A stretch of 64,000 nt of DNA, taken from IMG/VR virus record IMGVR_UViG_3300044611_001070, positions 1-64,000 of that record. One strand, given 5' to 3'. Origin of the DNA: a virus (lineage: Duplodnaviria; Caudoviricetes). The notes beneath the pieces were generated by a model. That model made no database searches and was not told where the DNA came from. It saw nothing but the letters and a program-made list of their open reading frames with translations. Each line of letters opens with the position of its first letter. The first letter of the stretch is position 1. Below, in pieces: positions 50,604 through 59,445 of the stretch. The position numbers and the translations under genes are program-made.

Positions 50604-51923
50604 ATGGCAACTAAACCGATATCAATTAAACCTGCAAATGAATGTGAAGTATTAACTCTATTTCCAATGGTGTTAATATGTAATAATACAAATCCAAGTA
50701 CATTAGAATCGTGTGATGGGTCAATTAGCCTTATGGTTAGTGGTGGTACACCACCATATGAAATTAATTGGGAACAAGGTGGATATGGACAAACAATAGA
50801 TAATCTTACTTATGGTGATTATCCCGTAACTGTGGTTGATTCTTATGGTGATTTTACGGCAACTACAATATGTAGTTTAATTCCTGAGACAACAACAACT
50901 TCTACAAGTACCACAACAACAACTACTTTACCTGCTTATAGTGGTTTATGTATGAATATTATTGATACAATTGGAGCTAATTCTGAAATACATCAATTTT
51001 TATTTAATGGATATTTAAATGGTATGCCTACTTGGATATCTGATGATAATTTATATAACATATATTGGAGTACAGGAACAACAAGCCAATGGTTAGTTGA
51101 TGGATGGACTAATGGTATTATATATAATTCAAATACATCTACACCTCCATTAACGGGATGGCAATTTTTAGGTGGGGATTGTTTAGGGTCATATATAATT
51201 ACTGTATTGGAAGGAGATTGTGTAAATAATGTTATAATAAATTTATCTATAAATGTTAATTCCCCAACCTGTGGTAATAATGGTAGTATTATTGTTACGG
51301 CAAATGGAGGATCACCAGCTTACCAATATTCAATTAATGGTGGAACAACTTATCAGTCTAGTCCAGTATTTACTAATCTATTACAAGGTATATATGTTGT
51401 TAAGGTTAAAGATTCAAATAATATAACAACAACACAAACTGTTACATTATTAGCTCCACCTCCTAATCAAACATATCAATTAAAATTAACTTTAACTGGA
51501 CCTAATTCATTTGATATAACTGTAAACCCAACATTACCTAGTGGAGCTTATATTACTTTTGATTTAAAACATAATAGTGTATTTAAAGTGGCACCTTCAC
51601 CAACCGCCGCTTTATATGATAATATAGTTACTGTTAATGTTAATGGTTCTCCAATAGCAACACCATCGCCTATGTTAAGTACAAGTACTACGTTTAATCC
51701 TTGTAATTCTGGATCAATATATAATAATACAAATGTCACTACTTGGAATACCTTATTATTTAATTCAACAACAATAATAAATGGTAGTTTTACAAATACT
51801 ATAAACCCAATAACACCTTTAGTTACCTGTTATTCAGTTAACGGGACAACTAAATTATTTATGACAAATGTTATATTAAATAATTGTAATTGTTGTAATG
51901 TTACAATTATAAATCCATCATAA
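50604..51923 (+). CDS. SprB-like repeat, Thr-rich, Cys-rich structural/adhesin protein
   Basis: Two C...G.I....GG.P.Y.Y.....L..G.Y.V.V.DS units, a TTTTSTSTTTTTT linker and a CNCC C-terminus. Confidence 0.7.
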   Translation: MATKPISIKPANECEVLTLFPMVLICNNTNPSTLESCDGSISLMVSGGTPPYEINWEQGGYGQTIDNLTYGDYPVTVVDSYGDFTATTICSLIPETTTTSTSTTTTTTLPAYSGLCMNIIDTIGANSEIHQFLFNGYLNGMPTWISDDNLYNIYWSTGTTSQWLVDGWTNGIIYNSNTSTPPLTGWQFLGGDCLGSYIITVLEGDCVNNVIINLSINVNSPTCGNNGSIIVTANGGSPAYQYSINGGTTYQSSPVFTNLLQGIYVVKVKDSNNITTTQTVTLLAPPPNQTYQLKLTLTGPNSFDITVNPTLPSGAYITFDLKHNSVFKVAPSPTAALYDNIVTVNVNGSPIATPSPMLSTSTTFNPCNSGSIYNNTNVTTWNTLLFNSTTIINGSFTNTINPITPLVTCYSVNGTTKLFMTNVILNNCNCCNVTIINPS

Positions 51924-51955
51924 TAAAATTGAGTAATAAACTATTTATTGATTAA

Positions 51956-54469
51956 ATGAGTTATATATTAAAAAATACATCAGGGTTGGTTAGTACTAGA
52001 ATTACTGACACCGGAAGGTTAAAATTATCACAAGGTAATTTTAATATATCCTATTTCCAAATTGGAGATAGTGAAGTGTCATATAATGAATTACCAAACA
52101 CTTATAATCAATCAAATAGTGTTGTTTTAGAACCAAGTTTTAATAGTCAAAATAATGCTGGATCTCCTGAATCAAACAAACAAAATATTAAATACCCATA
52201 TTATGTTGATGACAATAATATTAATACATATGGTATACCATTTATGGATTCTGTTATTGAACCTGTTTATAATAGAGCCCCACTAAGAGGATTTTTCACA
52301 GGTAATACAACTGCATCAACAATTAATTATAGTGCATTTACTGGGTCAAAATATGTTGTCACATCCAATTATATTGTTGATATGTCAACATTAGATGGGT
52401 CAAATCAAATAACAATTATTCAAGACATATGTGACCCAACAAATACCAATAAACCTGGTGTTGGAGATTTTATTACAATATATTATGATGGTTTAGCAAA
52501 GTATGATTGTTCTTGTGTTAATTTACCGACACCAACACCAACGGCAACAATAGGTACTACACCAACATTAACTAATACTCCCACTGTGTCAAATACTAAT
52601 CTTGACCCGTGTGCGTCACCAACACCAACTCCAACTCCATCGGCAACACCTTGTTTGACACCATCAAACAAACCTGTTTGTCCTATACCACCTGATCCAT
52701 CATGTGTTAAACCTGTTCACTCATGTTTTCCTATCTTAACTTATAGAATTATTGATATTTGTGAGAACAATGTGACTTTGGATAGACCAACACCAAATTA
52801 TATTGGTTTAAGTACGTATTGTTTTGGTAGAGTATTGGTATATCCACCGAATATGACAACAATATATGATAGTATCACACCTAGACCACATTGGAATGAT
52901 GATGTTATTAATTTTGAGTCAATTTGTGATATTGATCAGTTTGATGTGAAAGTATGGAATATGAATATTCCGTGGACTGAAAGTCCTGCAGGATTAAGAT
53001 CTACTGAGTATGAAGATTATACGTATTTTGGTTCTATTGATTATATTGGTAGTAAAGAATATTTTGGATATAATTCTACATCAGGACAGACTGATACAAG
53101 TTATGTGTATTATTATAACTCATTTGATGAAATTGTTCAGGTTAAACCTGAGGAACAGAAGGCAATTGCAATTATACATTATACAAATCAAACTATAGAT
53201 TTCTTCTATGGTGAGAAATTTGCGTTAGAACCGTATAACAATTCAAACCCTGATGATACAACAGGACAAGCAAGAAACTTTAAATTACATATGCCAACAT
53301 TAATGTGGCATAAAAATCCTGAGTGTTGTTATGGTCAAACATTTTGGGTTGATCCTCCGGGATTTGATGGAAAAGATTTATTCCAAGTTCAATATATTAA
53401 GTCAACTAAGAATACTGATATGAATCAACCTGGTATTCGTTATTATCACTTGTGGGACACTAATGCAAATGCAGATGGATTACCAAGTAGAGTTGGTAAA
53501 GTATTCCCTGATAGTAAATTAATTATTATTGATGATGAGGAAATTATTGCGGCGTTATCATACAAGTCAAATAGAAACTGGACGTTAACGGCACCACAGG
53601 TGTCTTTAATAACTCCTAACACTTGTGGTTTAACTACCGCAACTACTGAAGGTATTTTAACAGGTAGTAGTGAAACTATGTTTGTTACTTATAGATTAAG
53701 TAATCCTTACAATTTTACTAATTCACTACATTCTAACTATTATTCTAAAATAACTGGTAATAATAATGATTGTAATCCTGACACATCTAAAAATGTGGCG
53801 GTTAGATTTGGTGCCGAGTTTAAATGTTTAACACAACCTGGATATAGTCCGATAACAACAACTACCACATATCCTTTATTAACAACGACTACAACTTATT
53901 TACCATTAACAACTACCACAACAACACATTGTCCAATTACTTGTGATACACCTAATGGATTCTTTGCAACTAACTTCCAAGTAATAGCACAAAAAGTGGT
54001 AACAGGACAAAGACCTGATCCATCTAAATGGAAAGTTATTGACTACACTAGTTCGTTATCAACAACAACAATAAATGGGTATATAACTGAAGAAGGTTTA
54101 ACTGGAACAACATTTGTTATTACTCCTGATCTTTATAATAATGCACCATATTATAATCTTAATAATTTCATTCCATTAACACCACTTGGTACTACCACAC
54201 CTAATCTTAATTTTGGTGATGAGTACTTTTTCTACGGAGCATTTGAAAGTGATATACAGGCAACAATTTATGAGATGAGGTATAAAGTAAATTTAAGTTT
54301 TGCTGAATTTCAAACCACAACAAATCCTACATGGAAAAAAGGATCTAATTCTTATGTCACTGAGATTGCGTTACTTGATAGTAATAAAGATGTTATGGTT
54401 GTTTCTAAGATGCAATCACCTGTGTTAAGACAAGGTATACAACAGTTCGTAGTTAAGTTAGATTTGTAA
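51956..54469 (+). CDS. baseplate/tail-fibre attachment protein with Thr/Pro insertions
   Basis: N-terminal TD.GR.KL..G.F.ISYF..GDSE..Y and C-terminal YVTEIAL.D......V.K...P......F.VKLD, as in tail-collar-type proteins. Confidence 0.6.
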   Translation: MSYILKNTSGLVSTRITDTGRLKLSQGNFNISYFQIGDSEVSYNELPNTYNQSNSVVLEPSFNSQNNAGSPESNKQNIKYPYYVDDNNINTYGIPFMDSVIEPVYNRAPLRGFFTGNTTASTINYSAFTGSKYVVTSNYIVDMSTLDGSNQITIIQDICDPTNTNKPGVGDFITIYYDGLAKYDCSCVNLPTPTPTATIGTTPTLTNTPTVSNTNLDPCASPTPTPTPSATPCLTPSNKPVCPIPPDPSCVKPVHSCFPILTYRIIDICENNVTLDRPTPNYIGLSTYCFGRVLVYPPNMTTIYDSITPRPHWNDDVINFESICDIDQFDVKVWNMNIPWTESPAGLRSTEYEDYTYFGSIDYIGSKEYFGYNSTSGQTDTSYVYYYNSFDEIVQVKPEEQKAIAIIHYTNQTIDFFYGEKFALEPYNNSNPDDTTGQARNFKLHMPTLMWHKNPECCYGQTFWVDPPGFDGKDLFQVQYIKSTKNTDMNQPGIRYYHLWDTNANADGLPSRVGKVFPDSKLIIIDDEEIIAALSYKSNRNWTLTAPQVSLITPNTCGLTTATTEGILTGSSETMFVTYRLSNPYNFTNSLHSNYYSKITGNNNDCNPDTSKNVAVRFGAEFKCLTQPGYSPITTTTTYPLLTTTTTYLPLTTTTTTHCPITCDTPNGFFATNFQVIAQKVVTGQRPDPSKWKVIDYTSSLSTTTINGYITEEGLTGTTFVITPDLYNNAPYYNLNNFIPLTPLGTTTPNLNFGDEYFFYGAFESDIQATIYEMRYKVNLSFAEFQTTTNPTWKKGSNSYVTEIALLDSNKDVMVVSKMQSPVLRQGIQQFVVKLDL

Positions 54470-54521
54470 AAAACTTTAGTTTTAACATCTTACTATTATA
54501 TTATAATAAAACAATCTTTTT

Positions 54522-55130
54522 ATGAGAACACCAATGAAAAACTCACCTAAAGTATTGGGATTAGACATCTCAACTAAAACAATAGGGTGGGCACTTTTTG
54601 ATATTAAAACACAAGATTTATTAGAATTAACTCACGTATCTCCAAGACCTAAAAATAAAGATACTGATGAAAATAAGATGTTAGAATTAATATTAAAATC
54701 TGAAGTATTTAAAACTAAATTAGAGGATTATAAAAAATTAGGGATTGTAAGTGTTATTATTGAAGAACCATTATTAAACTCTAATAATGTTTATACAATC
54801 CAAACTTTATTAAGATTTAATACGTTAATATGTAAAACAATTTATGATGTTTTAGGTATCGTTCCTGAATTTATATCAACTTATAACTCAAGAAAATTTG
54901 CATTCCCTGAATTAGTTCAAGAAAACGATAAAAAGAAACACGTTTTATTTGGCGGACTTCCTAAGGACATTGATAAGAAAATGATCATATGGGAGTTGGT
55001 TGCAAAAAAAGAACCTCAGATCCAATGGCAATACACAAGAAACAATACTTTAAAGAAAGAAAACTTTGACCAAACAGATGCTTATGCTTGTGTGTTAGGT
55101 TATATGAGAAGTAAGGAAATTTGGAATTAA
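54522..55130 (+). CDS. ruvC: RuvC-like Holliday junction resolvase
   Basis: VLGLDIST..IGWA, VIIEEP, D..DAY acidic catalytic set. Confidence 0.8.
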   Translation: MRTPMKNSPKVLGLDISTKTIGWALFDIKTQDLLELTHVSPRPKNKDTDENKMLELILKSEVFKTKLEDYKKLGIVSVIIEEPLLNSNNVYTIQTLLRFNTLICKTIYDVLGIVPEFISTYNSRKFAFPELVQENDKKKHVLFGGLPKDIDKKMIIWELVAKKEPQIQWQYTRNNTLKKENFDQTDAYACVLGYMRSKEIWN

Positions 55131-55156
55131 TATCGTTTAATTTACCGATAATTTAG

Positions 55157-55186
55157 AATATCGTCTTTTTAGACGATATTTTTTTT
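55157..55186 (+). terminator. terminator between convergent genes
   Basis: AATATCGTCT-TTTT-AGACGATATT followed by a T run. A weaker TATCG..CGATA hairpin lies at 55131-55150. Confidence 0.8.
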
Positions 55187-55210
55187 GTCTTATATTTTTA
55201 ACCACAAATA

Positions 55211-56911
55211 CTATCCACTACATGGATATACTGCAATACATGCCGCACAACTATTTGTACCTACAAAAATAACTCCGGCACCAACGGGTGATCCAACAGA
55301 TGTAGAAACTGTAGTCCAACAATTATTATTGTAAACTACTCTTTGACCCGCAATAGTTCCTGAAGGTAATATTAAAATAATATCCGGACTAGCCAAACAA
55401 CAATCAGAAACTAACCATTTATCTCCACCTGTTTGAGTTAATGTTTGGGTAGGAGTAGGAGTTAAAGTTTTTGTTGGGGTTGGTGTTAATGTTTTTGTTG
55501 GGGTTGGTGTTAATGTTTGTGTTAATGTTTGAGTAGGAGTTTGTGTTAATGTTTGTGTTAATGTTTGAGTAGGAGTTTGTGTTAATGTTTGTGTGGGGGT
55601 AGATGTTAATGTTTGAGTAGGGGTAGGAGTTAATGTTTGCGTAGGGGTAGATGTTAATGTTTGTGTTAACGTTGGAGTTGGAGTTAACGTTGGTGTTGGT
55701 GTTGACGTTTTTGTTGGTGTAAGTGTTGGTGTGGACGTTAGTGTTGGTGTAGGAGTTAATGTTTGAGTAGGGGTAAGTGTTGGTGTCGGTGTAGGAATAA
55801 TACATTCAGAACACGAACCTTCTGATTCAAGACCTAAAATATCTGTTAAAACTATAGTAGAAATTCCGGCAATATTATCAACAAAACCATCATAAATTAT
55901 ACAAGTTGATATACCATCAACAAATGATTGGTATACATATCCTTCATCTGGTGTATTACCTAAAGGATCTAAAACAACATCTGTTGTGTAATATAAAAAT
56001 CCTGTGTAACATTCTTTAAATCTTTTACTACCTGAACATTTAATATATTCATCAAATGTGTTAAACACAACAGATCCATCAAAATTACAATTATATTGTG
56101 GTGATATAGTCGGTGTTGGTGTTGGTGTTTTTGTTGGTGTTGGTGTTGGTGTTAAAAAACTTACAACTACTGAAATTCCTACACCTCCACAAATTTCAGT
56201 TGCGGTTGGTGTTGGAGTTGGTGTTGGATCTGGTGTATTTGTAAGTGTTGGAGTAGGAGTTAAAGGTAACTCACAATCAAACGCAACCTCAAAAGATATT
56301 GGTTGACAATATTGTGTTGTTGTTGGTGTTGGAGTGGGACAAGCCCCATAGTTAAAAAAACTATTACATAAATTAGGGCAATGGTCAAAACAAGGAGACG
56401 CTCCAAATAATAAACAATCACCACCTAACGAATTTGATAAACACCAAGAATTTTCCGATGAAGAAAAAAATATGTAATATCCGTTATTTCCTGACCAATA
56501 ATTATTAGAATTATATGTCCCCCCACTATAATAGTTATCATAATATGGTTCAACATCTACACAATAAGATATTGAGCATGATGAAGGTGTCAATGTTGGT
56601 GTTGACGTTAATGTTGGTGTTGGTGTTAATGTTGGAGTTGCCGTTGGTGTACATTCAGGACAATCACAACATACAATTTCCACGATACCACCTTTACTTG
56701 CATCATAATAATAGATATTATTACCATCACTAAAATATATATCCGCTGGAAAAGTGGTACCAGTACAAAATGGATCATAATATAGATCCCCACTTAATAG
56801 GTCTAAACTATCGCCATAAATTGCGGTGGGGTACGGGACAGGATGTGATGGTTCACATATATCATCTATACTATTACTTAACTTAAAAGAACCTAAAAGA
56901 TTACACGCCAT
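55211..56911 (-). CDS. modular Cys-rich protein with five Thr/Pro linkers (putative fibre/decoration protein)
   Basis: 566 aa. Small Cys-rich modules separated by TPTPT tracts, the longest about 120 aa. Confidence 0.75.
   Translation of the reverse strand: MACNLLGSFKLSNSIDDICEPSHPVPYPTAIYGDSLDLLSGDLYYDPFCTGTTFPADIYFSDGNNIYYYDASKGGIVEIVCCDCPECTPTATPTLTPTPTLTSTPTLTPSSCSISYCVDVEPYYDNYYSGGTYNSNNYWSGNNGYYIFFSSSENSWCLSNSLGGDCLLFGASPCFDHCPNLCNSFFNYGACPTPTPTTTQYCQPISFEVAFDCELPLTPTPTLTNTPDPTPTPTPTATEICGGVGISVVVSFLTPTPTPTKTPTPTPTISPQYNCNFDGSVVFNTFDEYIKCSGSKRFKECYTGFLYYTTDVVLDPLGNTPDEGYVYQSFVDGISTCIIYDGFVDNIAGISTIVLTDILGLESEGSCSECIIPTPTPTLTPTQTLTPTPTLTSTPTLTPTKTSTPTPTLTPTPTLTQTLTSTPTQTLTPTPTQTLTSTPTQTLTQTPTQTLTQTLTQTPTQTLTQTLTPTPTKTLTPTPTKTLTPTPTQTLTQTGGDKWLVSDCCLASPDIILILPSGTIAGQRVVYNNNCWTTVSTSVGSPVGAGVIFVGTNSCAACIAVYPCSG
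55430..55797 (-). repeat. coding tandem repeat (TPTQTLT units)
   Basis: GTTAATGTTTG(A/T)GT units recur on the + strand. Confidence 0.95.
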
Positions 56912-57132
56912 TATATATTAATATTTTCTATTATCACACAATCGTTATCATCAATTACTTTAACCACAAAATTTGTTAATGAGGAAAAAATTGATGGAAT
57001 TATAAAAGAATACGGTAAATTACCACTATTGATGGTTGATACATATATACAAGTTGTGTATCCTGTATCACATACGTAAACATCATATGATGGTATTCCG
57101 GTTATTGAAGTAATTGTAATTTGCGTACTCAT
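56911..57132 (-). CDS. small beta-rich protein
   Basis: 73 aa. ITITSITG..YDVYVCD.....C..VKVIDDNDC. 1-nt overlap with the downstream gene. TATTTAT upstream on the - strand (57151-57157). Confidence 0.7.
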   Translation of the reverse strand: MSTQITITSITGIPSYDVYVCDTGYTTCIYVSTINSGNLPYSFIIPSIFSSLTNFVVKVIDDNDCVIIENINI

Positions 57133-57182
57133 ATATTTTTATTCTATTGTATAAATATAGTGGGAATGAAAAACTTGTGAAG

Positions 57183-57211
57183 TTGATTAACCGAATTAAT
57201 TTACCTATATT
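57183..57211 (+). promoter_or_regulatory. sigma70-like promoter of primase
   Basis: TTGATT-N17-TATATT, ending 7 nt before the ATG at 57219. Confidence 0.6.
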
Positions 57212-57218
57212 ACTAAAG

Positions 57219-58118
57219 ATGGAAGAAAATGATGCGATTGTTGAATTATTGGAGGACCTTTTGGGTGACCACGGACTTCACTACCCCAATAAGGGTCAGA
57301 TATCTTTCAATTGCCCTGTCTGTGATGATGATAGGAATAAACATAATTTAGAAATAAATTACGTAAATAATGTGTACAAATGTTGGTCTTGTGGTGATGT
57401 GGATGGAACTCACGGATCTTTGGGAAAACTTTTTGATAAGTACGGAAACAAGAAATTAAAGAAACTATATAATGTCTTAAAACCTGAGACGGTACAACCA
57501 AGACAAAAAAGAACAAAAAAATTAACACTTCCTGAAGGGTTCACGTTATTTACGGAGTCAAGTCCGGTATATCCAGTAAGAAGACAAGCATATAATTATT
57601 TAAAAAGTAGGGGAATAACAGATGAAATCATTAAGAAATATAATATTGGCTTTTGTGATCGTGGTAGTCATACAGGTCGTATTGTTGTACCATCATATGA
57701 TGGTAAAGGAGAGTTAAATTATTATGTTGCCCGTAGTTGGGACACAAAAAGTAAATTTAAATATAAGAACCCTGAGGCAGAGAAAGACATAATAATCTTC
57801 AATGAAAGATTAATAGATTGGGATAAAGACATTTATTTAGTTGAGGGAGTATTTGATGGATTCTTCTTGGATAATTCAATTCCAATGTTAGGTAAACATA
57901 TGTCGGAACTTTTATTTGAAAAAATATATATGAAATCTAAGGGGAATGTGATAATTGCTCTCGACGGTGATGCTTGGGATAACTCAATAAAACTATATCG
58001 TGAACTTAATGGTGGTGAGTTATATGAACGAATTAAGATTGTTCATTTACCTATGGACCAAGATGTATGTGATTTAAGAGGAAATATAAACGAATACTTC
58101 GTAAAATTAAAAGATTAA
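57219..58118 (+). CDS. DNA primase (zinc finger plus TOPRIM), start revised to ATG 57219
   Basis: CPVC..CWSC zinc ribbon, YL..RGI, KYKNP, LVEGVFD, LDGD. Confidence 0.9.
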   Translation: MEENDAIVELLEDLLGDHGLHYPNKGQISFNCPVCDDDRNKHNLEINYVNNVYKCWSCGDVDGTHGSLGKLFDKYGNKKLKKLYNVLKPETVQPRQKRTKKLTLPEGFTLFTESSPVYPVRRQAYNYLKSRGITDEIIKKYNIGFCDRGSHTGRIVVPSYDGKGELNYYVARSWDTKSKFKYKNPEAEKDIIIFNERLIDWDKDIYLVEGVFDGFFLDNSIPMLGKHMSELLFEKIYMKSKGNVIIALDGDAWDNSIKLYRELNGGELYERIKIVHLPMDQDVCDLRGNINEYFVKLKD

Positions 58119-58972
58119 TGGATTTAAAAAAAATATCTGAAGAGATCAGAGAAATCATATCAGAAAAACAAAAAGAGTTTCAATTAACATTTGAAGAGGA
58201 CGCTCATAAATATACCATGTTAGACATAAATGGTAAATTAAGAGATGATTTTCCTTCTGTTTCTAAATTGATGAAATATTTCTATACGGAATTTGATTCT
58301 GAAGGAATTTCATTTAGAAAGGCGAATGGTGATCCTTATGAGCAACAACGATTGTTGGAGGAATGGGCTGCCGCTGGAACATATTCCACAAATATGGGTT
58401 CTCGTGTTCACTTCATATTAGAAAAACATACATTAGAAGAATTTGGTATTGGTAAAGAAGTAAGACAACCAATTTATGAATGTGATGCAGAACAGATAGT
58501 AAAAGGAGATACTATGGTTGTTGCTGGTAAACGATACATTGATTTACTTAAAGAACGTAATTGTATTTTACTTGATACGGAGATGGTTTTAGGTCACCCT
58601 GAATTAGGGTACACAGGACAACCCGATAAGGTATGGTTGATTATTGGTGTTAATGGTGATCTTGGTATTTTGATTACGGATTGGAAGACAAACAAACCTA
58701 AAAACTTTGAAAAGAATAATTACACAAAACCAATGAAAAGACCATTTGAGGATTTACCTGATAACGCTCTTGGTCACTATAACACACAATTACCATTCTA
58801 TGGTAAACTATTATTAAAAATGTTGGAAGGGACAAAATATGAGAACATTAAATTGATGGGATGTATTGTTGTGTTATTAACTGAAGAAAGAGAATTTGTT
58901 GAACATAGAGTTGCAAAGAAAACAATTAACACAATTCTTGAAATGGATATGAAAAAGTATTTGACAAAATAA
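58118..58972 (+). CDS. PD-(D/E)XK exonuclease
   Basis: PSVS, G..VH..LE, E, GQPD, DWKT, QL..Y. Confidence 0.8.
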   Translation: MDLKKISEEIREIISEKQKEFQLTFEEDAHKYTMLDINGKLRDDFPSVSKLMKYFYTEFDSEGISFRKANGDPYEQQRLLEEWAAAGTYSTNMGSRVHFILEKHTLEEFGIGKEVRQPIYECDAEQIVKGDTMVVAGKRYIDLLKERNCILLDTEMVLGHPELGYTGQPDKVWLIIGVNGDLGILITDWKTNKPKNFEKNNYTKPMKRPFEDLPDNALGHYNTQLPFYGKLLLKMLEGTKYENIKLMGCIVVLLTEEREFVEHRVAKKTINTILEMDMKKYLTK

Positions 58973-58989
58973 ATAAATTAAACTATATT
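58961..58989 (+). promoter_or_regulatory. sigma70-like promoter of the small-gene cluster
   Basis: TTGACA-N17-TATATT. Confidence 0.75.
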
Positions 58990-58994
58990 ATAGT

Positions 58995-59084
58995 ATGGAA
59001 TCTACAATAACACCAATTTGGTACACCAACACTAGTTGGGACACCGAAACAATTAAAATAAACGTAAATTATATTATAAAATGA
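58995..59084 (+). CDS. putative 29-aa peptide (not in the ORF track)
   Basis: MESTITPIWYTNTSWDTETIKINVNYIIK. Begins at the predicted transcription start and has an ATGA overlap with the next gene. Confidence 0.45.
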   Translation: MESTITPIWYTNTSWDTETIKINVNYIIK

Positions 59085-59299
59085 TTGATGATAATATCAT
59101 AAGACCCAAGATTAATCTTAGGGAACAACCAACTATCCTTTGCGAGGAGTGTGGATCAAAATTCTTCAAAGAAGTAACTATGTTGAAGAAAGTACCTAAA
59201 TTGTTAACAGGAAGCCCGGAAGATACAATTGTACCATTCCCAACTTATATGTGTAATAGTTGTGGATTTGTGAATGAAGAATTCTTAATTTTTGAATAA
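59081..59299 (+). CDS. zinc-ribbon protein
   Basis: CEECG...CNSCG. Confidence 0.75.
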   Translation: MIDDNIIRPKINLREQPTILCEECGSKFFKEVTMLKKVPKLLTGSPEDTIVPFPTYMCNSCGFVNEEFLIFE

Positions 59300-59445
59300 T
59301 GGATATTGGTAAAATGACAATAACTGAAGCTTACCCACATCTTAATAGTGTGGCATTATCATATGGTTTAAAATTAAACAGAGCAAAAGATTTTAAATTT
59401 GCAAGAATTATTTTAGTAAATCTTTATAATAGAGAATTGATATGA
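59299..59445 (+). CDS. 48-aa hypothetical protein (not in the ORF track)
   Basis: MDIGKMTITEAYPHLNSVALSYGLKLNRAKDFKFARIILVNLYNRELI. TAATG and ATGA overlaps on either side. Confidence 0.65.
   Translation: MDIGKMTITEAYPHLNSVALSYGLKLNRAKDFKFARIILVNLYNRELI

Noticed and set aside
46229-57132. Diversity-generating retroelement acting on fibre tips
   Set aside because: No reverse transcriptase in the window, and I saw no template/variable repeat pair with adenine-specific mismatches.
57147-57218. N-terminal extension of primase from the TTG at 57147
   Set aside because: This stretch contains the primase promoter and the opposite-strand TATTTAT motif. ATG 57219 is the better start.
58118-58972. 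Cas4 or CRISPR adaptation gene
   Set aside because: No four-Cys Fe-S motif, no cas genes and no array. A generic PD-(D/E)XK nuclease call is sufficient.
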